A DNA stretch of 64,000 nucleotides, from positions 4,124 through 68,123 of the forward strand of contig CAYMYA010000001.1 in the NCBI GenBank assembly GCA_964394565.1, written 5' to 3'. This document shows positions 56,150-64,000 of the stretch, piece by piece (positions within the stretch are counted from its first letter, which is position 1; each line of letters opens with the position of its first letter). The position numbers were made by a program, and so were the translations under genes. The notes under the pieces are model-generated. The model was not told the origin of the DNA. It did not search any database and saw nothing but the letters and a program-made list of their open reading frames with translations. The stretch is from an uncultured Gammaproteobacteria bacterium. Lineage in GTDB: Bacteria > Patescibacteriota > Patescibacteriia > UBA9934.

Positions 56150-59069
56150 ATGGGCAAATATCTTTAAAATCACAAAATTGACATTGCGGACCAGGCGTTG
56201 CTTCAAATGTAGAGGTGCGGATACGTTCCATCGTTTCACGAATTTGCAATTTGAGCTTTTCTTTATCTTTATCTGTTGGCTCAAAACTCACGGCAGTATT
56301 GGATTCGATGTAATAGAACGTGAGTTTTTTAACGTGCAGTGGCGGGACAAAACTTTCTTCACCGGCGATAGCGTAAAGAATTAATTGTCGACGATCATCC
56401 CAATCAAGCGTTTTTTTCGGGCTCCCGGTTTTATAATCGATTATTTCTACACCGCCGGGCACAGTATCGATACGGTCGATGCGCCCCTTTACCAAGACGT
56501 CTCCAACTTTCAAGGTAAAGCCTTTTTCTAAATATTTTGGAGACGGAGGGTTTTTTACAAGCATGGCGTAATATTCTTTCAGATATATCCTGCCACGTTC
56601 ACGATAATCGTCACGCGTCGCAGAGTCGGGATACCATTCGTCGATCCATGCCGCATCATACATCTCCATGAGGTCATGCAATGTCGGCATCGCAACACGT
56701 TCAGATGGTGCACCAAAAAGCGACGACTGCATGAGCGCGGTATTCGCAAGAATACGCTCCATGAATCGCTGTAACGTATCGTGCACGGATTTTCCAAAGC
56801 TCATTTGGTGTTTGCCGTATGATGGAACGCCAATAATATGCGCATATTTATATTGTTGCGGGCAATTCGAGAACGCGGCAATTTGCGAAAAGCTGATTTT
56901 ATCAGGAACATGGATGTTTGCATTCCCTGCAGCCGACAGTTTTGCATCACCAACGATATCGTTCATAGCATTCCCGCGCAAAGGCGCTGTGATCGTTGGA
57001 GAATACTCAAGCTCGGTCAGAAAACGTGATATCTTTTTCTTTCGCGCCCCTCCGTAATCTTCTGCGCTCATCAGATACACGCCTTCCTTTGCACGTGTAA
57101 TCGCAACGTAAAACAGCCGACGCTCCTCTGCGATATGATCGTCGAGCGCAACATTCGTCTCAAGTAGCCCTGGTGGAAAATCTATTGCATGTGAACGCCC
57201 GACTGACGGGAATCGCTGTTCGACTAAGTTTACTAAAAAGACATAACGAAATTCCAAACCTTTTGAACCATGTACCGTCATGACCGAAACAACATCCGGT
57301 CCTTCTTCTGGGTTTTGCATTACCGCACCACTTTCTCCAGCTGCACGCTCGGCGTCAAATTCGTCTAAAAATCTCGCGAGCGTGACGTCGTCATTCGTGA
57401 CAGAAAATCGCTTCAATCGTGCAAGAAACCGGTTCAGAAGCCGATAAAGCTCCTGTTGTTCGAGCTCAGAAAACGCCTGACAATCCGCAAGGAGTCCTGT
57501 TTCTTTCACGGTTGCCACAAAAAGCTCAATAACAGGAAGACGTTTCGCGCGATCACGTAATGCACCGATAGTGCCAACGATATCCAAAATTCGGTTCCGC
57601 CCATCCATACTTATTCCAGCGGCATCAGCGTACGAGAGTAAATCAAACAAAGACATCCCCTTGCGTTTTGCATAAAACATCAACGCGGCAAGGTCACCCT
57701 GCATCAGTCCAAGTCTCGGATGAGAAAGGATACGGTACAGTGATGGGCTATCGTGAGGCGCATGAATGACGCGCAAATACGCAAGCGCGTCTAAAATAAT
57801 CGGTTTTGTATACAATCCAGACATCGCAAGAAATCGATATGGAATTCCGGCGCGCTCGAGCGCTTCGAGAAATGGGTCTGCATGATCATTGCCACGAACG
57901 AGAATCGCCACATCGCTCCATGCCGCTCCCTGGGTATCGTGCAGTGTTGCGATCGTGTGTACCGTTGTTTCTACCTCTTCTTCAAGCGTTGCGGCATGAA
58001 TATGGTGTACGAACCCCTCATGCGCAGTGTGAGAACGCAATTGTTTCGATAACCCCTCTGTGATTTCCAGACGATGCGGATTGTTTCCAGAAATCAAGCT
58101 ATACGCCAAATCTAAAATCACTTTCCCGCTTCGGTAATTATGTACAAGAACAATCTTTGTCGTCTCCGGATAATCTTCCCGGAACCGAAGAATATTTGCG
58201 AGCGCGGCACCACGGAATTTATAAATTGCCTGATCATCATCACCAACAATCGTGAGATTATTTTTGGGAGCAGCGAGGAGTCGCACAAGTTCATACTGCA
58301 CACTATTCGTGTCTTGAAACTCATCGACGACAATATATGAATATTGTTCCCGATATTTCGCAAGAATATTTGGTCGTGTACGAAAAAGTTCGACGGTGTA
58401 CGCAAGCAAATCGCCGAAATCGAGCGCGCTTTCCCGAAGCAAGACGTTCTGATATGTCGCGTAGGCCTGTGCAACTTCCTGATATTTTTCCAGTTCAAGT
58501 CGCTCCTCTTCTGGCAGCGCAAGGACGTTCCGTGCATCGCCGTCTGTCGCACGTTCAATCATCTTCTCGACGTATTTTTTGTATTGATCAGGCGAAATAC
58601 CTTCATCTTTTGCACGTGAAAAATGCCCGAGTAGTACACGAAAAAATTTTGTCGGGTTCCCACGCGGACGGTAATACTCCAATGCGAAATCCGCAATATG
58701 CTTTCGCATCATGAGCCATGTATCGACTTCGGAAGCAACAGTAAAATCCTGCGGTATCCCAATGTCCACACCGTGTTCACGTAATACACGTTCGCAAAAG
58801 GCATGAAACGTAGAAATGGAAAGATCAACATACCCAAGCGGCAGAAGCCGATCGACGCGTTCCTCCATTTCATTCGCCGCTTTATCCGTAAATGTGAGCG
58901 CAAGTATACCGTCTGGCGTCACCTTCCCTTCTGCAATGAGCCATGCGATACGTTTGGTAATGACCGTGGTTTTTCCCGTTCCTGCACCAGCAATAATCAT
59001 GAGCGGCCCCTCTCCATGGGTTACCGCTTTGACCTGCTCGTCGTTCAGGCCGTCTAAAAGTACATTCAT
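56136..59069 (-). CDS. UvrD/PcrA-family DNA helicase fused to C-terminal PD-(D/E)XK Cas4-like (4-Cys) nuclease domain
   Basis: Walker A AGAGTGKTT and UvrD motifs. The C-terminus has GRIDRID...EIIDYKTG plus the Cys pattern C-x(n)-CQFCDFKDIC. The start is set at MNVLLDGLNDEQ. Confidence 0.85.
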   Translation of the reverse strand: MNVLLDGLNDEQVKAVTHGEGPLMIIAGAGTGKTTVITKRIAWLIAEGKVTPDGILALTFTDKAANEMEERVDRLLPLGYVDLSISTFHAFCERVLREHGVDIGIPQDFTVASEVDTWLMMRKHIADFALEYYRPRGNPTKFFRVLLGHFSRAKDEGISPDQYKKYVEKMIERATDGDARNVLALPEEERLELEKYQEVAQAYATYQNVLLRESALDFGDLLAYTVELFRTRPNILAKYREQYSYIVVDEFQDTNSVQYELVRLLAAPKNNLTIVGDDDQAIYKFRGAALANILRFREDYPETTKIVLVHNYRSGKVILDLAYSLISGNNPHRLEITEGLSKQLRSHTAHEGFVHHIHAATLEEEVETTVHTIATLHDTQGAAWSDVAILVRGNDHADPFLEALERAGIPYRFLAMSGLYTKPIILDALAYLRVIHAPHDSPSLYRILSHPRLGLMQGDLAALMFYAKRKGMSLFDLLSYADAAGISMDGRNRILDIVGTIGALRDRAKRLPVIELFVATVKETGLLADCQAFSELEQQELYRLLNRFLARLKRFSVTNDDVTLARFLDEFDAERAAGESGAVMQNPEEGPDVVSVMTVHGSKGLEFRYVFLVNLVEQRFPSVGRSHAIDFPPGLLETNVALDDHIAEERRLFYVAITRAKEGVYLMSAEDYGGARKKKISRFLTELEYSPTITAPLRGNAMNDIVGDAKLSAAGNANIHVPDKISFSQIAAFSNCPQQYKYAHIIGVPSYGKHQMSFGKSVHDTLQRFMERILANTALMQSSLFGAPSERVAMPTLHDLMEMYDAAWIDEWYPDSATRDDYRERGRIYLKEYYAMLVKNPPSPKYLEKGFTLKVGDVLVKGRIDRIDTVPGGVEIIDYKTGSPKKTLDWDDRRQLILYAIAGEESFVPPLHVKKLTFYYIESNTAVSFEPTDKDKEKLKLQIRETMERIRTSTFEATPGPQCQFCDFKDICPYAKI

Positions 59070-59076
59070 GCAAATA

Positions 59077-60339
59077 TTATAACGTTGAAAGTCCTTGTGC
59101 GATGTCAACAAAGAACCGAATGCCATTTTGCGTCCCAATATACCAACTGAGGGCAAACAATGCGCCGCATTGGAGCACGACAACGATCGGGGAAATCTTC
59201 CACCGCACCGGCAGGAGCACAAGGGCGTCATCGTGCATACTCATACGCAGTGCAAGGACTCGTGCAGCAACAGAGCTCATCACGACAATCCAGGCACACA
59301 TCAAGACGGCCGTTGCGATAATATGAAACTGCAATCCGTACCCCATGCCGATCATCATGCTCATAAACATGCCAGAAACTGGCATACCTATACTTCCCAA
59401 GAGTACAAACACGAGCGCGCCAGCTGTAAGCGGCAGAAGCGAGAACGTATTTCGCAAACCAGAAAACTTCGTCGTTTTATACGTTGCGTGCAATATTCCG
59501 GACAGCGCAAACATCGACGAGCCCAATACCGCAGTTGCGGAAAGATGCATCAGAGCGGGAATCGTGCCTGCAACACCCATCCCCATAAAGGCAATCAGAA
59601 TGCCCACATGAAACATCAACAGTTCTGCAAAATATTTCTTGTAATTCTTTTGCCACACCAGTGTTCCGGCAAGCACAACAACAGTGAGCACACCGAAAAA
59701 CAACAATATTCCGCCGGTCCATACCCCGCCGTCAGCAAGCATGCCGTCTACCACGATACGCAGGCGGAGCATACCGTAGACGCCAAGAATGGTTGTAAGC
59801 GGAGCAACGAGCGCAGCAATGGGAGACGGAATTTTGCTGTACAGTTCCGCGAGCCCTGCGTGCATTGGCGCAAGACCGAGCGAAACCCCGTACCCAAGAA
59901 GGGTGCAGACGAATGCCGTACGTGCAACAAGCTCCATTGATCCAAATTGTAATGGGTTATACGTCAACACCACCAACCCAAATGCGCTCAACAATGCACC
60001 GAGCAACAGCCGCACGCTCAAGCGTCGCGCAATAACCCCGTTCGTATTGCGTTCATACAAGGATAGGCTACAAACCGAAATTGCCCCAAGCGCATGGATA
60101 CTAATCCATATCGCGACTGCGTGCGAAAGCAGCGTGCCGATCGCACCCGCAATCACCGCCCCCGCAACACAAAATACCGCGTACATTCTGTGCTTCGGAG
60201 CAATAGCGCCGGCACTTCCTTCGTGTCGAAATACGTTTATACTCATCAGAACCCCTGATAGCGCGACACACCCTGCCAGCACCGCTACAGCAATGCTCGC
60301 GAGATCTGGGTTCCACAGGGCAAGAAAAAAATTATTCAT
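59077..60339 (-). CDS. divergent proton-antiporter-like membrane subunit (complex I NuoN/MrpD/HyfF family, PF00361-like)
   Basis: 420 aa, about 14 TM. LGLAPMHAGLAELYSKIPSPIAALVAPL aligns with the NuoN/M motif GxKLxAVPFHxWxPDxYxGAPTPVSA, with substitutions. Confidence 0.55.
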   Translation of the reverse strand: MNNFFLALWNPDLASIAVAVLAGCVALSGVLMSINVFRHEGSAGAIAPKHRMYAVFCVAGAVIAGAIGTLLSHAVAIWISIHALGAISVCSLSLYERNTNGVIARRLSVRLLLGALLSAFGLVVLTYNPLQFGSMELVARTAFVCTLLGYGVSLGLAPMHAGLAELYSKIPSPIAALVAPLTTILGVYGMLRLRIVVDGMLADGGVWTGGILLFFGVLTVVVLAGTLVWQKNYKKYFAELLMFHVGILIAFMGMGVAGTIPALMHLSATAVLGSSMFALSGILHATYKTTKFSGLRNTFSLLPLTAGALVFVLLGSIGMPVSGMFMSMMIGMGYGLQFHIIATAVLMCAWIVVMSSVAARVLALRMSMHDDALVLLPVRWKISPIVVVLQCGALFALSWYIGTQNGIRFFVDIAQGLSTL

Positions 60340-60341
60340 AT

Positions 60342-61109
60342 TTACACGTTAGGGAACCATAGTGTCACCAGAATTGAGAGAACAGCCAGTGCAGTCGCAA
60401 AACGCATCATGCGCACTGGCGATACCGTCATAAAGCGTTTCACCGCCATTCCCAATGCATCCATCAAGACAACACTCACAAGCACTTTACCCCCCAAGAT
60501 GCCGATGGCCAAAACCCAGACGTCGTGTGTGATTGAAGTTCCCATCGTGATCATCGCAAGAGCATTGACAAAAAGTACGCCAAACGCTGCCCGCAAAAGC
60601 ATGGTGACATCGCGCGTATGATCAGACGGTTTCTCCAACGCGACGGCTAGCAGGAAGAGGGCAAACGCAACAAGAGCAAGAACCACCCCAAACGTTGGAG
60701 TTTGTGCAAGGAGAGCAAGCACCTGACCAGTACGTAATTGTGCTGTTGCAACCCCAAACGCGAGAAACACCGTGCCAAATCCACACAATGCCAACGGCAA
60801 TACCGACGTCCTCTCAATTACCGCAATGCTACCCCCAATAAGCGCGAAGAGTGCAATAAACGTCAAAATATTTCCGTCGCTTGCTTGATCAACTGGTACG
60901 TGGATGAGCGGCAAAAGTGCGAGAGAAACCGCTGTCGCACCGAATGCAAGTGCAGCAACCGGAGACGGGACTCGTCGATACGCAACCCACGGGGGAATCC
61001 AGGTTTTGTGCTGTATCACGGAAACAAAAGTTTCCCAAAGTCCTGCCGCAGATGGCGCAAGGATGAGAAGAGCGAGTGTCTGAAGAACCGAGAATTCTAA
61101 AAATGTCAT
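60342..61109 (-). CDS. hypothetical polytopic membrane protein (between the two antiporter-like subunits)
   Basis: 255 aa with about 7 TM helices, sharing an operon with its neighbours (4-nt overlaps). Confidence 0.5.
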   Translation of the reverse strand: MTFLEFSVLQTLALLILAPSAAGLWETFVSVIQHKTWIPPWVAYRRVPSPVAALAFGATAVSLALLPLIHVPVDQASDGNILTFIALFALIGGSIAVIERTSVLPLALCGFGTVFLAFGVATAQLRTGQVLALLAQTPTFGVVLALVAFALFLLAVALEKPSDHTRDVTMLLRAAFGVLFVNALAMITMGTSITHDVWVLAIGILGGKVLVSVVLMDALGMAVKRFMTVSPVRMMRFATALAVLSILVTLWFPNV

Positions 61110-62833
61110 AACGCAATTGCGAAAGTAAGAATAACCGCGAGCATCATGAACACGAGCGAAGGTGTGACGACTCTCGTTACATAGCGGTCATGCCATGCGT
61201 ACAATGTTCGCCACTGTTCTTGCGCGGGTACCGCAATGTATTGAATACACAATTTCCGTACCTCTCGGAAAAATATATGAATACGTGCATCGGGAACAGG
61301 AGCATGTACCTGCTCCTTTGCATCCACGAAATTTCCCATCTCAATACGCAATGTTTTGTCGCGAAGCGCCCAATATGCCAGACTGCACACCATGATCCCG
61401 AGCGCGAGAACGGCCGGACGAAGCAAGGCACCCCCTGCAACAACGGCTCCCTGCCACGTCTGTGCATCTTGCGTTAAGGGCTCTGCGCCAATCGCGTACA
61501 ACGCAAACGGAACAAACACGGCTCCAACCACAGAAAATCCAGATGTCAGTATTGCTGCAACGTTCCGCCATGCAAAACGTTGTTTTGCATGAACGGCCGT
61601 CCGAATATTCTCGATGATGGCATACCCCTGACGGACAAGTGAGCCAAGTACGATCAAAAAACCCAGGGCAAGCGCGAGTGCAAATGTGCGTGGCAGAAGT
61701 GTGAACTGTAACACCATCACGCTCCCGAACATCCATTGGCTCACAAACAGAAGCGAAAGAGGAACCCCTAACCGAGCAACCCCGGAGATTGCGTACTCGA
61801 TGCCACCACCTGTCTCGTCACCAGAATTTCCCCCAAGCACCACACCGATACTCTGAATAATCGTTGCGAAAAGCACGATATTCATGGCTTCATACATGTT
61901 CAGAGATTGGAAAAGCATCGTCGCACTCAACATGAAGAGGACGAAACCGACACCATGAACACATGAGATGCCGCCAAATGCATGACGTTTAGATGCGTAC
62001 CGTGTAACAGAAAGAATCGTCATGATGCCAAGAAGTCCAACAGGAAGCGCAAACCATATATCGAGTGGTGGAAATACAAAAAGTAAGAGCCGAAGAAAAA
62101 GGTACAGCGGCGCAAGAAACCATGCCGTTTGCATGAGTGCCCGTATAGCTCCCCCAGGCACGCTACCACCATCTGCACTCGCCATGCGTGCAAATGGCCA
62201 TGCGCCGGAACACGCCAAAACACCGAGAACGATTGCACTAAATGCCCCAATCAACCGCGGGAAATCAAGTTCAGCAGCAATGTATGCCAACGTCGCAAAG
62301 TCATTAAACAATGCACCAGAAGAAAGGATGAAGAGTCCCGCCGCTATGAAAAGCACACCGATCCCCCTCACCACGAACATCCTGATGCGCTTAAACACCA
62401 CGCACGCCTCTGCACACATCAACAGCATCAATGCCGCAAGAACGCCAAGAATGTTCGTGGACAATACGAGCCACGTCATGCCGAACGAAAGCAGTGCGAT
62501 ACCGAACACGGTGAGAAACGCTTGTTCCTGAGTTTTTCGGTGAACATACCACTCTACCCCGAGTGCGAGCATCACAAGGCTAAACGGGAATATAAACATC
62601 GCCGCAAACGTATCGAGTGTTGCAACCATGCTAAAAAATGCGTTCGTTGGCAACAAAAAAGGATCGGGAGATATCACACCAAAAACACTAGCAAGCACTC
62701 CAGCGACTCCCACTGCCGCAAAAATCAACGCATTCGCACGCTGTGCCTGTTCCTGTGCAAGAAACCACATACCGATCACCGCAATAATCGGCCCAAGCAT
62801 CACCACAGCCATCGACCATTCCCAAGGCGTCAT
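61106..62833 (-). CDS. divergent proton-antiporter-like membrane subunit (NuoL/MrpA/HyfB-like)
   Basis: 575 aa, about 16 TM. AWPFARMASADGGSVPGGAIRALMQTA is a degenerate version of the [25 protein letters not shown] motif. Confidence 0.5.
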   Translation of the reverse strand: MTPWEWSMAVVMLGPIIAVIGMWFLAQEQAQRANALIFAAVGVAGVLASVFGVISPDPFLLPTNAFFSMVATLDTFAAMFIFPFSLVMLALGVEWYVHRKTQEQAFLTVFGIALLSFGMTWLVLSTNILGVLAALMLLMCAEACVVFKRIRMFVVRGIGVLFIAAGLFILSSGALFNDFATLAYIAAELDFPRLIGAFSAIVLGVLACSGAWPFARMASADGGSVPGGAIRALMQTAWFLAPLYLFLRLLLFVFPPLDIWFALPVGLLGIMTILSVTRYASKRHAFGGISCVHGVGFVLFMLSATMLFQSLNMYEAMNIVLFATIIQSIGVVLGGNSGDETGGGIEYAISGVARLGVPLSLLFVSQWMFGSVMVLQFTLLPRTFALALALGFLIVLGSLVRQGYAIIENIRTAVHAKQRFAWRNVAAILTSGFSVVGAVFVPFALYAIGAEPLTQDAQTWQGAVVAGGALLRPAVLALGIMVCSLAYWALRDKTLRIEMGNFVDAKEQVHAPVPDARIHIFFREVRKLCIQYIAVPAQEQWRTLYAWHDRYVTRVVTPSLVFMMLAVILTFAIAL

Positions 62834-63022
62834 ATCACAAATCGCTAGGATTCAATGGGCAAAGTGTATGCTCAACTGCACAGAATTCATAGAAGTGTTG
62901 TGGACGAAGCAAAATGTCATATATTCTTTTTACTAGTGTCGTAAAATATTCGTGCCCGTCGAGTTCCCTCGTATGTTGCAAATACAAAAGCCCGAGTCAT
63001 GCCCGAGCTTTTGACGGAACAA

Positions 63023-63469
63023 CTATTCTTCCCTTCGGTGTTGCCTGACCTTTCCTTTTTTCATCGCAACCCTGTACCGCGCGATTTCACGCTCCAAATG
63101 CGCAGCAGCGTCGGCATATGAAACATCATTTCGGTGACGCGCCTCTACCAGGGCCGCTTCTGCCCGTTTACGGGCTTCGTCGATTGCCGACAATTCGAGC
63201 TCTTCCACACGCTCTGCGGTATCCGCGAGCACCACGACAGAACCATCCTGGCGCACTTCGAACATCCCTGTCGACGTTGCAAGAAGTTCAAGTTCACCAC
63301 CCTTTCGTACGCGCATTTCACCCGCTTTCATCAACGTCAACAATGGAATATGGTGCGGCAATACCGTAATTTCACCCGTGCTCGTCATGATGGAAATGCT
63401 CTCGGCATCGCCTTCAAAAACCAGACGTTCTGGTGTGACAACCACATAATGGAGTGTGAGTTTCGACAT
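63023..63469 (-). CDS. atpC: F0F1 ATP synthase subunit epsilon
   Basis: N-terminal beta-sandwich (LHYVVVTPERLVFEGDAESISIMTSTGEITVLPHHIPLLT) and a C-terminal helical hairpin. Confidence 0.9.
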   Translation of the reverse strand: MSKLTLHYVVVTPERLVFEGDAESISIMTSTGEITVLPHHIPLLTLMKAGEMRVRKGGELELLATSTGMFEVRQDGSVVVLADTAERVEELELSAIDEARKRAEAALVEARHRNDVSYADAAAHLEREIARYRVAMKKGKVRQHRREE

Positions 63470-63491
63470 AGAGACTACTAATGAACTCTCA

Positions 63492-64000
<509 letters not shown>

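Noticed and set aside
59095-59940. 281-aa + ORF rich in His/Lys/Cys/Arg
   Set aside because: It is antisense to a polytopic membrane protein gene, and basic or His-rich antisense ORFs are expected opposite hydrophobic codons. The same holds for 62129-62848 (239 aa) and 60738-61100 (120 aa).
62834-63022. Possible intrinsic terminator after atpC (CAAAAGC...GCTTTTG)
   Set aside because: The stem is only 7 bp and AT-rich, with direct repeats rather than inverted repeats inside. It is not convincing enough to annotate.

Overview
This 64 kb window is a gene-dense (~90% coding) bacterial chromosomal segment at about 50% GC, made up mostly of housekeeping genes.

The core gene content, in order along the window:
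- rimK(partial)-dusB.
- A beta-CASP/MBL RNase.
- mutY.
- era.
- An RlmD-like and a SpoU-like RNA methyltransferase, then tRNA-Arg(CCG).
- pduL-like phosphotransacylase.
- murJ.
- A MacAB-type efflux trio.
- alaS.
- A ribosomal/RNAP cluster: infA-rpmJ-rpsM-rpsK-rpsD-rpoA-rplQ, then rplM-rpsI.
- def-fmt-priA.
- ppa.
- clpB preceded by a perfect CIRCE operator.
- tagA-gltX.
- An M23 peptidase.
- bcp.
- ftsQ-alr-serS-lysS-greA.
- mrdA-mreDCB.
- A UvrD-type helicase with a C-terminal Cas4-like nuclease domain.
- Three polytopic membrane proteins related to complex-I/Mrp antiporter subunits.
- atpC and a partial atpD.

Several features are consistent with a reduced-genome lineage, possibly Patescibacteria/CPR-like (inference only): a short 627-aa AlaRS, an RpoA without the alpha-CTD, a PriA-like protein with a degenerate Walker A, and few strong Shine-Dalgarno sites.

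Accessory or unusual content:
- A ~350-nt, ~70% GC, highly structured non-coding element between alaS and the infA promoter, of unknown identity.
- An AT-rich islet after rpsI carrying a Phd/Doc toxin-antitoxin pair and two hypothetical genes, followed by a surface-glycan cluster (Wzx flippase, a fused GT4-GT2 glycosyltransferase, an O-antigen-ligase-like protein).
- A small Cys-rich membrane peptide gene downstream of clpB.
- A promoter-proximal hairpin-U leader in front of greA.
- A ~490-nt non-coding gap between convergent genes.
- A tRNA immediately followed by a perfect 17-bp inverted repeat.

No CRISPR arrays, rRNA genes, transposases or integrases were seen.
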